Made by a program: the position numbers and the translations under genes
Assembly: GCF_964213995.1 (NCBI RefSeq)
Contig: NW_027590189.1
Location: forward strand, 682,001 to 746,000
Length of the DNA: 64,000 nt
Origin: Mustelus asterias
Lineage: Eukaryota
Direction of reading: 5' to 3'
The notes under the pieces: model-generated
Told to the model about the DNA's origin: nothing
What the model saw: the letters and a program-made list of their open reading frames with translations, nothing else
Database searches by the model: none
Shown: positions 48,794 through 59,815 of the stretch, piece after piece
Position numbering within the stretch: position 1 is the first letter of the stretch
How the letters are laid out: each line of letters starts with the position of its first letter

Positions 48794-49170
48794 TTGCACA
48801 TTTAGATAATACATTGGTTTTCAATAGGGCCATTCTGTTAAAAGCAGGTTGTTACGCTGAAGCTTTATAAAGTAGTGTTTAAACCACTAGAAGACCAAGG
48901 AAATTTGGGATGTCAGCTACAACTCTCACCAACTTTTACAGATGCACCACAGAAAGCATTTTTTCTGGTTGTATCACAGCTTGGTATGGCTCTTGCTCCT
49001 TCAGGAAGGATGGGATGGTCCTTGAGAAGGTGCAGAGGAGACTTATCAGAATGGTTCCAGCAATGAAGAATTTTAACTCCAAGCTCAGGTTCGAGAAGCT
49101 GGAGTTGTTCTACTTGGAACGGAGGAGGTGGAGGGGAGATCTGATAGAGGTGAACACCATTATGGCAGGT

Positions 49171-50390
49171 TTGATTTGATTTGATTTATTATCGTCCCAT
49201 GTATTACCATAGTGAAAAGTATTGTTTCTTGCGCGCTATACAGACAAAGCATACTGTTCATAGGGAAGGAAACGAGAGAGTGCAGAATGTAGTGTTACAG
49301 TCATAGCTAAGGTGTGGTGAAAGATCAACTTAATGCAAGGTAGGTCCATTCAAAAGACTGACAGCAGCAGGAAAGAAGCTGTTCTTGAGTCGGTTGGTAC
49401 GTGATCTCAGACTTTTGTATCTTTTTCCCAAGGGAAGAAGGTGAAAGAGAGAATGATCGGGGTACGTGGGGTCCTTAATTATGCTGGCTGCTTTGCCGAG
49501 GCAGCGGGAAGTGTAGTCAGAGTCAATGGATGGGAGACTGGTTTGCGTGATGGATTTCATGACCTTTTGCAGTTCCTTGCGGTCTTGGTTAGAGCAGGAG
49601 CCATACCAAGCTGTGATACAACCAGAAAAAATGCTTTCTGTGGTGCATCTGTAAAAGTTGGTGAGAGTCGTAGCTGACATCCCAAATTTCCTTAGTCTTC
49701 TAAGAAAGTAGAGGAATTGGTGGGCTTCCTTAACTAAGTCAATTACTCGGGGCCATAGGTTTAATGTGCGAGGGGCAAGGCTTAAAGGAGATGTACAAGG
49801 CAGATTTTTTACACAGAGAGTAGTGGGTGCCTGGAACTCGTTGCCGGGGGAGGGAGTGGAAGCAGATACGGTAGTGACTTCTAAGGGGCATCTTGACAAG
49901 TACATGAATAGGATGGGAATAGAGTGATATGGTCCCCGGAAGGGTAGAGGGTTTAGTTAAGTCGGGCAGCATGGTCGGTGCAGGCTTGAAGGGCCAAAGG
50001 GCCTGTTCGTGCACTATAATTTTCTTTGTTCTTTGTTCTATAGTGTCAGCATGGGGGTACCAGGCCAGGTTGTTGGTGAACTGGACACTTGAAGCTCTCG
50101 ACCCTTTCTACTTCATCTCCATTGATGTAGACAGGGGCATGTTCTCCTCTATGCTTCCTGAAATTGATGACAATCTCCTTCATTTTGTTGACATTGAGGG
50201 AGAGATTATCGTTGCCGCACCAGTTCACCAGATTCTCTATCTCATTCCTGTACTCTGTCTCGTCATTGTTTGAGACCCGACCCACTACGGTGTCATCAGC
50301 AAACTTGAAAATCAAGTTGGAGGGGAATTTGGCCACACAGTCATAGGTGTATAAGGAGTATAGAAGGGGGCTGAGAACACAGCCTTGTGG
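49171..50390 (-). mobile_element. Rex1/Babar LINE with nested plus-strand CR1 3' end (~49736-50040)
   Basis: PQGCVLSPLLYSLYT..KFADDTVVG (50046..50447) and LTNFYRCTTES..KNSFFP (49330..). Confidence 0.88.
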
Positions 50391-50650
50391 GTTTAGATCA
50401 AGTGAAGAAGGAAATTGGTCAGAATCTACAGAGACTGCTGGAGGCAAGGCTGCTGATAAACGTAACCTTTAATTGCACATTCTTCGAACTATGTACAATA
50501 CAAGATCAGCACGAGGCTTCACAGAGAACCATCTCTCAGCACGCTCTTGTCATCTGATCATACATCACTGTGTAGAATATTTACAAATTTAACATGAACC
50601 CTTTACACTGCACCAAGTCTCTAGTCAGCCCTCCTAACATCCCCTTCTTT
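50387..50650 (-). mobile_element. LTR remnant with polypurine tract
   Basis: Minus strand reads AAAGAAGGGG-A-TGTTAGG at 50650-50633 (PPT followed by a TG LTR start). Confidence 0.45.
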
Positions 50651-51169
50651 GACTCAGTGTCAGTTAATGTTTCTGAGATTCACTTTGGGACACTCTCCTA
50701 CATTAACGGTCTGATGGAAATGAAAGTTATTTTTAAATCACATTGTAACAGACTGGGGAAGTCAAGATTAAAACAATATCTGGGTAAATGGAGTTAGGTC
50801 ACAGATCAGCCCTGACCTCACTGAATGAGAGAACAGGCTCGAGGGATAAATGACCTCCTCCTGCTCCTGGTAAACTTGGACTCAGACACCAGCTGATGAA
50901 TGGAAAGTGATGGGAGACCTGGGGAGAAGAGACTTCATCAGAAACCAGCACTGGAGCAGAGTTAGAGAGTGGGAGAATCCTGGGGAGAAACTACACAGGA
51001 ACTGGAGGAGGTTGTTCAGCCCTTCCAGTCTGCTCTGTCATTCAGTTAGACTCTGGCTGATCAATCAGTTTATCATCAAGATTTATTTGATTCTATTCTG
51101 TAGATTAAGCTGCAGCTCAGATTTATGGGAAATGAAAGTCAGTAGAAACAAACTCCAACTCTCACAATG

Positions 51170-52460
51170 TGAACATGTGAATTAGGAGCAGGAGAAGGCC
51201 ACTCGGCCCCTCGAGCCTGCTCCACTATTCAATAGGATCCTGGCTGATCTGATTGTGGTCTGAACTCCACTTTCCTTCTTACCCCTCGTACCCTTTGGCT
51301 CTCTTGTCAATCAAGAATCTATTAAATTCAGACTTCAGAATATTCAGTGAGCGAGCCTCCACCACTCTCTGTGAAAGAGAATTCCACACTGTAACAACCC
51401 TCTGAGAGAAAAGGTTTCTCCTCATCCCAGTCTTAAATGGGAGACCCCTTATTTTTAAACTGTGCCTCTAGTTCTCCTCTCTCTACAATCAACATCTGTC
51501 AAGTCCCCTCTGAATTTTATATGTTTCAATCAGATCCTCTCTCATTCTTCTAAACCCCAATAGATACAGGCCGAACATGTCCAACTTTTCCTTGTATGAT
51601 AACTCCCTCATCCCACGAATCAGTCAAGTAAACCTTCTCTGAACTACTTCTCACACAAGTCCTCTCTTACGTAAGGAGACCAAAACTATACACAGTACTC
51701 TTGATGTGGTCTCACCAATACCCTGAACAAATGCAGCAAAACATCCCTGCAATAAACAATAATTCATTTACCTTTCTAATCATTTGCTGTGTCCACACAC
51801 TAACGTTTCCTGATTACAGTACCAGGACACCCAGATCCCTCTGTACCTGCAATCGCTCTCTTTAAATAATCAACTGCTTTTCCATCCTTCCTGTCCAAAT
51901 GGACAAGTTCACATTATCCAAAAATCTTGTTCCAGCTGCCAACTTCTAACCCACTCATTCACTATGTCGCTTTGCAGGCTTGTTATGGTCATTCACATCT
52001 CATTTTTCTACCTACCTTTGTGTTATCAGCAAATTTTGATCCTGTCATCCACGTCATGAAAATAGTTTGTCAATAGTTGAGGCCCCAGCACTGATCCCTG
52101 TGGCACTCCACAAGCTACATCTTGCCATCCCAAAAATTACTCCTTTCTCCCTCCTCTCTGTTTCCCATTAGCTAATCAATCCTCTATCCATGCTAATACA
52201 AAGAACCGATGTGGATGGGATGCTAATATGCCTTATGCTACGAATTCTTATTTAGTGTGGTAAACTTTGATGTGTCAAATGCCTGCTGGAAATCTAAATA
52301 CACCACATCCACAGGTTCCACTTTATCCACATTGCTTGTAACTTCCTCAAAGAAATCCAATAAATCAATTAAAGGTGATTTCCCTTGCACAAAACCATGT
52401 TGACTCTGCCTGATTGTACAGAGATTATCTATGTGTTCCACCCTCCCAGCCTCCTTAATA
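51170..52460 (-). mobile_element. Old CR1 LINE
   Basis: QHGFVQGKS..VDVVYLDFQQAFD (52238..52441); 3' UTR at ~51180. Confidence 0.8.
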
Positions 52461-52476
52461 ACAGAATGAACATGAT

Positions 52477-53787
52477 TCAGTCCTGCATGGGGTTAGCAGC
52501 AACAGCAGAATCCAATCCCTGCAGTGACTTGTGAACTTGCTGGTGTCTCAGCAGATTGGCTGACCGAGCAAATCTCTTCCCACATACGGAGCAGGTGAAC
52601 GATCTCTCTCCTGTGTGAATCTGCTGGTGTCTCAGCAGGTGGGATGACTGAGTGAACCTTTTCCCACACATGGAGCAGGTGAATGATCTCTCCCCAGTGT
52701 GAATTTGCTGGTGTCTCAGCAGGTCCTTCGTGCTTTTAAAACTTTTCTCACAGTCAGAACACTTAAAAGGTCTCTGATCAGTGTGGACCAGTTGATGTGC
52801 AATGAGCTGGGGTGGCTGAGTGAATCGTTTCCCACATGTGGAGCAAGCGAAGGGTTTCTCCCCAGTGTGAATTCGCTCGTGTATCAGAAGGTGGGGCGAA
52901 TCAGTGAATCCCTTCCCACACACAGAGCAAATAAATGTCTTCTCCCCGGTGTGAACTCGCTGGTGTCTCAGACAGTGGGATGAATGGGTGAATCCCAGCC
53001 CACACACCGAGCAGGTGAACGGTTTCTCCCCAGTGTGAACTCGCTGGTGTGTCACCAAATCCTGTTTACTTTTAAAGCTCTTCTCACAGTCAGAACACTG
53101 AAATGGTCTCTTATCAGAGTGAACTCGCTGGTGTGTTTGCAGCTGGGATAAACGTCCGAATCTCCTCTCACACACGGAGCAGGTGAATGGCTTCTCCCCA
53201 GTGTGAGTGCGCTGATGGACTTGTAAATCATTTTTACTTTTAAATCTCTTCTCACAGTCAGAACATTGAAATGGTCTCTGATCAGTGTGAACAAGATGGT
53301 GTGTCAGAAGGTGGGATGACTGAGTGAATCCCTTCCCACACACTGAGCAGGTGAACGGTCTCACCGCCATGTGAGTGCGCTGGTGTCTCAGGAGGTCCTT
53401 TGTGCTTTTAAAGCTTTTCTCACATTCAGAACACTGAAACAGTCTCTGATCGGAGTGAACCTGCCGGTGAATCAGGAGGCTTGATATAGCATGACATCCC
53501 CTCCCACATTCGAGGCAGGCGAATGGCCTCTCACCAGTGTGAACACGCCGGTGTGTATAGAGGCTGGATGAGTAAGCAAATCCTTTCCCACACTCAGAGC
53601 AGGTGAACGGCCTCTCTCCAGTGTGAATGCGACGATGAATATCCAATTCGGACGGGTAATTGAATCCCCTCCCACAGTCCCCACATTTCAATGGTTTCTC
53701 TGTGGAGCGGGTATCCTCGTGTGACTCCAGGTTGGATGATGAGTTGAAGCCACGTTTACACAGAATATGAGTCGGGTCACTACTCAC
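52477..53787 (-). CDS. C2H2 zinc-finger ORF ZNF-I, 14 fingers; start codon uncertain; C-terminal extension
   Basis: 436-codon open frame with no ATG before finger 1; the family stop TGA reads TCA, adding SLQGLDSAVAANPMQD. Confidence 0.7.
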   Translation of the reverse strand: MSSDPTHILCKRGFNSSSNLESHEDTRSTEKPLKCGDCGRGFNYPSELDIHRRIHTGERPFTCSECGKGFAYSSSLYTHRRVHTGERPFACLECGRGCHAISSLLIHRQVHSDQRLFQCSECEKSFKSTKDLLRHQRTHMAVRPFTCSVCGKGFTQSSHLLTHHLVHTDQRPFQCSDCEKRFKSKNDLQVHQRTHTGEKPFTCSVCERRFGRLSQLQTHQRVHSDKRPFQCSDCEKSFKSKQDLVTHQRVHTGEKPFTCSVCGLGFTHSSHCLRHQRVHTGEKTFICSVCGKGFTDSPHLLIHERIHTGEKPFACSTCGKRFTQPPQLIAHQLVHTDQRPFKCSDCEKSFKSTKDLLRHQQIHTGERSFTCSMCGKRFTQSSHLLRHQQIHTGERSFTCSVCGKRFARSANLLRHQQVHKSLQGLDSAVAANPMQD

Positions 53788-54288
53788 TGAGAATGATGTG
53801 ATTATTTTTCAGACTTTTTAAACCACTTTCCACATTCAGCACATTGGAAACTCTCAGGTGTGTGTGTGTCTAGGTGCTTTTTCAGTCACACTGATGTTTG
53901 AAATCTTTGCCCGCAGACAGAATAAACATTTCTCCTTCTGGAGACAAAGGCTGACGATATTCAGTTTCTGATGAATCAAATCACTGAAACAGATCTTGAT
54001 TTGAAGTTTGTTTTGAGTTTCACATCTGTAAATCCTGCTTCATAATACCCTGCAAAAACAGTTTACAAATACCATCACTGTCAGTGCAGGATAGAAATTC
54101 TGAACAGACAATTCATGGTTTCTCTGGAACATATTTTCCTCTCTTGTTCCCCCAAATCTATAAATCCCCGTCCCACACACTCTACCTCCTCCCCTGGACT
54201 GAAATCCAAACCCATCTCAACATCTCCACCATTTCTTCCCTCCACTCCCAGTTTTCCCCCTCCCTCTCCTCTGTCTGGGTTCAGTTCT

Positions 54289-54573
54289 TGATGTGGAAAT
54301 CTCACTAACTGTCCTGGCTGGAGACAGTACACATCTCTTTAACCTGTGCTTAACCCTCTCTCCACTCACATTGTCTGTACCTTTAAGACTTGATTGCCTG
54401 TAAAGACTCACATTCCAACCATTATCTTGTAAATTGAGTTTGTGTCAATATATATGCCCCGTTTATGAACACAAGTCCGACTCACCTGATGAAGGAGCAG
54501 TGATCCGAAAGCGAGTGGCTTTTGCTACCAAATAAACCTGTTGGTCTTTAACCTGGCGTTGTGAGACTTCTTA
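54289..54573 (+). mobile_element. Penelope-like 3' UTR insert with 14-bp TSD
   Basis: CTGGGTTCAGTTCT at 54275-54288 and 54574-54587; matches 26367-26643. Confidence 0.85.
54482..54518 (+). ncRNA. Degenerate hammerhead ribozyme motif (probably inactive)
   Basis: CUGAUGA..GAAA core intact; stem II mismatch and cleavage triplet CUA changed to CGA. Confidence 0.55.
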
Positions 54574-55060
54574 CTGGGTTCAGTTCTCCAGCTGCTGTCT
54601 GCAGACTGACAATAAAACCAATGGCTCTTATTGGGGGTGTTGGGGCCTCCAGCGGGTGTTTGTGAATCCTCCCCGCCCACCTCCCAGGGTTTCCTTCCTT
54701 CCCAGAGATCAGAGTCCTCATTGATTTGAGGCCAAAGTCTAACCTCTTATTTATTGTCCCCCTCCCCCATCCTCTGATGTGAACCATCCTCCAGTGGCTG
54801 AGCCAGGATGGGGCCGTTAACCTGGGCCTGTTCCCGGGAGGGAGGGAGGGAGAAGCCCCGCAGCTGCAAACCAGGGAGCTGACAATGATTCTGAAGGGTT
54901 TGCGGATCCACAAAGTGTTTCCAAATCCTCCCAGCCACCGCCTAACGCTGACTCCGCTTCTCCGGGACAAACAAGCGCCAAGGACAGCAATGACACTGCG
55001 CATGCTCCACATCACAATGCCCGGGGACTGATTGACGGCAGCTCCGGACCAATAGGAAGA

Positions 55061-55250
55061 GGGGGCGGGACTGGCCGACCGAGCGGGAGCGGCTGGTCCT
55101 CCAACCAATCGGAGTGAACGAGGGGCGGGGCTGGAGGACCGAGCGGGAGCGGCTGGTCCTCCAATCAATCAGAGTGAACGAGGGGCGGGGCTGGAGGACC
55201 GAGCGGGAGCGGCTGGTCCTCCAACCAATCGGAGTGAATGAGAGGCGGGA
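55061..55250. repeat. 60-bp tandem repeat (~3.2 copies) in the promoter
   Basis: gagcgggagcggctggtcctccaaccaatcggagtgaacgaggggcggggctggaggacc. Confidence 0.95.
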
Positions 55251-55539
55251 CCTGAAGCATGCGCAGTGCGGGTAATGGCGACGGGTAGACGGGCGGTTTT
55301 AATTTGGAGGCGAGATCAATACTAGGTAGGGGGCGGCGCGCGGGGAATGATAAATGTGGCGGGTGGGTGGAGAGACTTTGTAAACATGTTGTTCAAACCC
55401 AGACCCCGGAAATGAACTTCCCGGTCCCCCCCTTTGTACCAAATGGAGCGGCAGCTTGTAGTGTTAGACCCGGGCTGACTGCCGCCATTGAGGCTGCATG
55501 TGGGAGGCCGGCAGGGATTGTGATCGGAGAGGGAAGCCC

Positions 55540-55613
55540 TGACGTCACAATGGAATGGGTGAGAGTGTGACATCACAATGGAATGGGTGAGTGTGTGACG
55601 TCACAATGGAATG
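55540..55613. repeat. 28-bp tandem repeat (~2.6 copies) carrying CRE palindromes
   Basis: TGACGTCA at 55540 and 55596, TGACATCA at 55568. Confidence 0.9.
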
Positions 55614-56405
55614 TGATCGGAGAGCGAAATTTCACTCTGAAGCTCATTGGACAACTTCCGCATTGTGACGCTACGATAGAACCCTGCCTGAATCAGCCAA
55701 TAGGAATCACTGCGCTCCGCGGTGATGTCTCCGGGTTCCATGGTGCAGGCCCGGGCGCGCGGACCCGGGAGCCCCGCCCCCACCCATTGTTCCCCTCCCC
55801 CTACACCACATCGAGCCAAGGTTTCCAGGCAACCGGCTGACGGCTCTGGCCAGAGCGAGAAGCCGCTCGGTGATCTCCCCCTCCCCCCGCCCGGGACTGC
55901 AAAATGTGCGAGGGAGAGGGGAAGCTGTGCATATGCGGGGGAGAACCCACCCTCTGAATGAGAGAGGAAAGAATGTTCCATAGAAACTAGAATTGTCTGT
56001 TCTGAATTTCTACCCTGTACTGACACTGATGACTTTTGGAAACTCATTTTCCAGGATATTGAAAGAGGAATCACAGGCTGAAATCTCAAACGTCACGTCT
56101 AGATCTGACAGAGTCATATTCCTTGGGACCTCAATATCATCGGACTTTGAATCCAGAAGGAGAAATGATTGTCCAGTCTGTCGATTTGAAAAGATTTGAA
56201 ATGTCAGTGTGAGTGAAAAAGCGTCAACACACTGCCACACTCGAGTGAGTGTGTTCCAATGCACTGACTAAAGAGCTTTAACCAGTTACACAGTCTGAAT
56301 AAATATCACACCATTCACAGCAGGTGGAGACTGTAATCTTGTTCTGTGTGTGGACGAAGTTTCAACTAATTGTCCACTCAAGAGTGAGGTAAGGACACCT
56401 GCACC

Positions 56406-58511
56406 ATGGCGAAACCATGGAAATGTGCGGACTGTGGGAAGGGATACGGAACCCCATCAGAGCTGGAAGCTCATCGGCGCAGCCACACTGGGGAGAGGCC
56501 GTTCATCTGCTCTCAATGTGGGAAGGGATTCAGTCAGTTATCCAACCTGCAGAGACACCAGCGAGTTCACACTGGGGAGAGGCCGTTCACCTGCTCTCAA
56601 TGTGGGGAGGGATTCACTCAGTCATCCCACCTGCAGAGACACCAGCGAGTTCACACTGGGGAGAGGCCCTTCACCTGCTCTCAGTGTGGGAAGGGATTCA
56701 CTCGGATATCCAGCCTCCAGAGACACCAGCGAGTTCACACTGGAGAGAGGCCGTTCACTTGCTCTCAGTGTGAGAAGGAATTCACTTATTTATCCAGCCT
56801 GCAGACACACCAGCGAGTTCACACTGGGGAGAGGCCATTCACCTGCTCTCAGTGTGGGGAGGGATTCACTCGGTCATCCCGCCTGCAGTCACACCAGCGA
56901 GTTCACACTGGAGAGAGGCCGTTCACCTGTTCTCAATGTGGGGAGGGATTCACTCAGTCATCCCACCTGCAGAGACACCAGCGAGTTCACACTGGAGAGA
57001 GGCCGTTCACTTGCTCTCAGTGTGAGAAGGAATTCACTCATTTATCCAGCCTGCAGATACACCAGCGAGTTCACACTGGGGAGAGGCCGTTCACCTGCTC
57101 TCAGTGTGGGGATGGATTCACTCAGTCATCCCGCCTGCAGAGACACCAGCGAGTTCACACTGGAGAGAGGCCATTTACCTGCTCTCAGTGTGGGAAGAGG
57201 TTCACTCAGTTATCCAGCCTGCAGAGACACCAGCGAGTTCACACTGGGGAGAGGCCATTCACCTGCTCTCAGTGTGGGAAGGGATTCATTCAGTTATCCG
57301 AGCTGCGGACACACCAGCGAGTTCATACAGGGGAGAGGCCATTCACTTGCTCTCAGTGTGGGGAGGGATTCACTCGGTCATCCAGCCTGCTGACACACCA
57401 GCGAATTCACACTGGGGAGAGGCCGTTCACCTGCTCTCAGTGTGGGAAGGGATTCAATCAGTTATCCAACCTGCAGGCACACCAGCGAGTTCACACTGGG
57501 GAGAGGCCGTTCACCTGCTCTCAGTGTGGGAAGGGATTCACTCGGTCATCCGACCTGCGGGCACACCAGCGAGTTCACACTGGGGAGAAGCCCCCATTCA
57601 CCTGCTCTCAGTGTGGGAAGGGATTCACTCGGTCATCCCACCTGCAGAGACATCAGCGAGTTCACACTGGGGAGAGACCGTTCACCTGCTCTCAATGTGA
57701 GAAGGGATTCACTCTGTCATCCCACTTGCAGACACATCAGCGAGTTCACACCGGAGAGAGACCATTCACCTGCTCTCAGTGTGCGAAGGGATTCATTCAG
57801 TTATCCAGCCTGCAGAGACACCAGCGAGTTCACACTGGAGAGAGGCCGTTCACCTGCTCTCAGTGTGGGAAGGGATTCACTCAGTTATCCAGCCTGCAGA
57901 CACACCAGCGAGTTCACACTGGGGAAAGGCCGTTCACCTGCTCTCAGTGTGGGAAGGGATTCACTCGGTCAACCCATCTGCGGACACACCAGCGGGTTCA
58001 CACTGGAGAGAGACCGTTCACCTGCCCTCAGTGTGGGAAGGGATTCACTCGGTTATCCAGCCTGCAGACACACCAGCGAGTTCACACTGGGGAGAGACCA
58101 TTCACCTGCTCTCAGTGTGGGAAGGGATTCACTCGGTCATCCGACCTGCGGACACACCAGCGGGTTCACACAGGGGAGAAACCATTCACCTGCTCTCAGT
58201 GTGGGCAGGGATTCACTCAGTCATCCAGCCTGCGGGCACACCAGCGAGTTCACACAGGGGAGAGGCCGTTCACCTGCTCTCAGTGTGGGAAGGGATTCAC
58301 TCAGCTTTCCAACCTGCAAACACACCAGCGAGTTCACACTGGGGAGAGGCCGTTCACCTGCTCTCAGTGCGGGCAAGAATTCACTCAGTTATCCAACCTG
58401 CAGACGCACGAGCGAGTTCACACTGGGGAGAGGCCGTTCACCTGCTCTGTGTGTGGGAAGGGTTTCAGCGTTTCATCCCGGCTGCTGAGGCACCAGCAAG
58501 TTCACGAGTGA
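56406..58511 (+). CDS. C2H2 zinc-finger protein ZNF-J, 25 fingers, highly homogeneous array
   Basis: Intact 701-aa ORF = 25 x 28 aa plus one Pro insertion; Kozak ACCATGG. Confidence 0.93.
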   Translation: MAKPWKCADCGKGYGTPSELEAHRRSHTGERPFICSQCGKGFSQLSNLQRHQRVHTGERPFTCSQCGEGFTQSSHLQRHQRVHTGERPFTCSQCGKGFTRISSLQRHQRVHTGERPFTCSQCEKEFTYLSSLQTHQRVHTGERPFTCSQCGEGFTRSSRLQSHQRVHTGERPFTCSQCGEGFTQSSHLQRHQRVHTGERPFTCSQCEKEFTHLSSLQIHQRVHTGERPFTCSQCGDGFTQSSRLQRHQRVHTGERPFTCSQCGKRFTQLSSLQRHQRVHTGERPFTCSQCGKGFIQLSELRTHQRVHTGERPFTCSQCGEGFTRSSSLLTHQRIHTGERPFTCSQCGKGFNQLSNLQAHQRVHTGERPFTCSQCGKGFTRSSDLRAHQRVHTGEKPPFTCSQCGKGFTRSSHLQRHQRVHTGERPFTCSQCEKGFTLSSHLQTHQRVHTGERPFTCSQCAKGFIQLSSLQRHQRVHTGERPFTCSQCGKGFTQLSSLQTHQRVHTGERPFTCSQCGKGFTRSTHLRTHQRVHTGERPFTCPQCGKGFTRLSSLQTHQRVHTGERPFTCSQCGKGFTRSSDLRTHQRVHTGEKPFTCSQCGQGFTQSSSLRAHQRVHTGERPFTCSQCGKGFTQLSNLQTHQRVHTGERPFTCSQCGQEFTQLSNLQTHERVHTGERPFTCSVCGKGFSVSSRLLRHQQVHE

Positions 58512-58736
58512 TTCCAGAGGTTGGATTCTGCTGTTATTGTTCCTGCTCTCAATTACATCCAGGATTGCATTTTGTTCATTCTCACAGTTGGTCAATGGGA
58601 AGGGTCAGAGGGTTTCTTTGTGCTGGACTGGCTGGTCTCAGCCTCCAGTGGGTTGATGCTCTTTGAGTCTTTTTGCAAATACCTGGTTTCAAATGTCACA
58701 AGGATCACAGAGTGACAGGGTGTTAGGAAGTTTAGA

Positions 58737-59815
58737 GATATTTAGTCAGAAGAAAACAGAGGTTGGCAGTGCAAAGGTACCTTTCTGAATGGAGGGCTGT
58801 GACAAGTGACATTCCGCAGGGATCAGTGCTGGGACTTTTGCTGTTTGTAATATATATAAATGATTTGGAGGAAAATGTAACTGGTTTGATTGGTAAGTTT
58901 GTGGACGACACAAAGGTTGGTGGAATTGCGGATAGCGATGGGGAACGGCAAAGGATACAGCAGGATATAGAGCAGTTGGAGAATTGGGCGGAGAGATGGC
59001 AGATGAAGTTTAATCCGGACAAATGTGAGGTAATGCATTTTGGAAGGTCTAATACAGAATGGAAATATACAGTAAATGGCAGAACCCTTAAGAGCATTCA
59101 TAGGCAGAGGGATCTCGGTGTACAGGTACACAGGTCATTGAAAGTGGTAATGCAGGTGGAGAAGGTAGTCAAGAAAGCATATGGCATGCTTGCCTTCATC
59201 GGCCGGGGCATTGAGTTTAAAAATTGGCAAGTCATGTTGCAGCTTTATAGAACCTTAGTTTGACCGCACTTGGAATCTAGTGTTCAATTCTGGTCACCAC
59301 ACTACCCGAAGAATGTGGAGGCTTTGGAGAGGGTACGGAAAATATTTATCAGGATGTTGCCTGGTGTGGAGGGCATTAGCTATGAGGAGAGTTTGGAGAA
59401 ACCTGGTCTGTTCTCACTGGAACGACGGAGGTTGAGGGGAGACCTGATAGAAGTCTCCAAGATTATGAGGGGCATGGACAGAGTGGATAGTCAGAAGCTT
59501 TTTCCCAGAGTGGAAGAGTCAGTTACTGGGGGGCATAGGTTTAAGGTGCGAGGGGCAAGGTTTAAAGGAGATGTACAAGGCAGGTTTTTTACACAGAGGG
59601 TGGTGGGTGCCTGGAACTCGTTGCCGGGGAAGGTAGTGGAAGCAGATACGATAGTGACTTTTAAGATGTGTCTTGACAAATATATGAATAGCATAGGAAT
59701 AGAGGGATATGGTCCCGGAAAGGTAGGGGGTTTTAGTTCAGACGGGCAGCATGGTTGCTGCAGGCTTGGAGGGCCAAAGGGCTTGTTTCTGTGCTGTAAT
59801 TTTCTTTGTTCTTCG
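58737..59815 (+). mobile_element. CR1 LINE, 5'-truncated
   Basis: ORFs 58763..59263 and 59270..59893. Confidence 0.93.

Larger units (their letters stand above)
54890..55945. promoter_or_regulatory. Composite CpG-island promoter between divergent ZNF-I and ZNF-J
   Basis: Contains both module types (55013-55280 like 6695/26698/44330; 55660-55940 like 21903-22130); CCAAT, GC, NRF1-like, YY1-like and CRE sites. Confidence 0.8.

Noticed and set aside
55061-55250. CRISPR-like appearance of regular repeats
   Set aside because: Head-to-tail tandem units with no unique spacers, no cas genes and a vertebrate context.
56406-58511. Assigning PRDM9 or any human ZNF symbol
   Set aside because: No KRAB/SSXRD/SET exons are visible; lineage-specific arrays cannot be given orthology by eye.
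56350-58666. Long alternative-frame ORFs over ZNF arrays ([10 protein letters not shown].., [10 protein letters not shown]..)
   Set aside because: Shadow frames of the 84-bp finger repeat; they recur over every ZNF gene and have no independent support.
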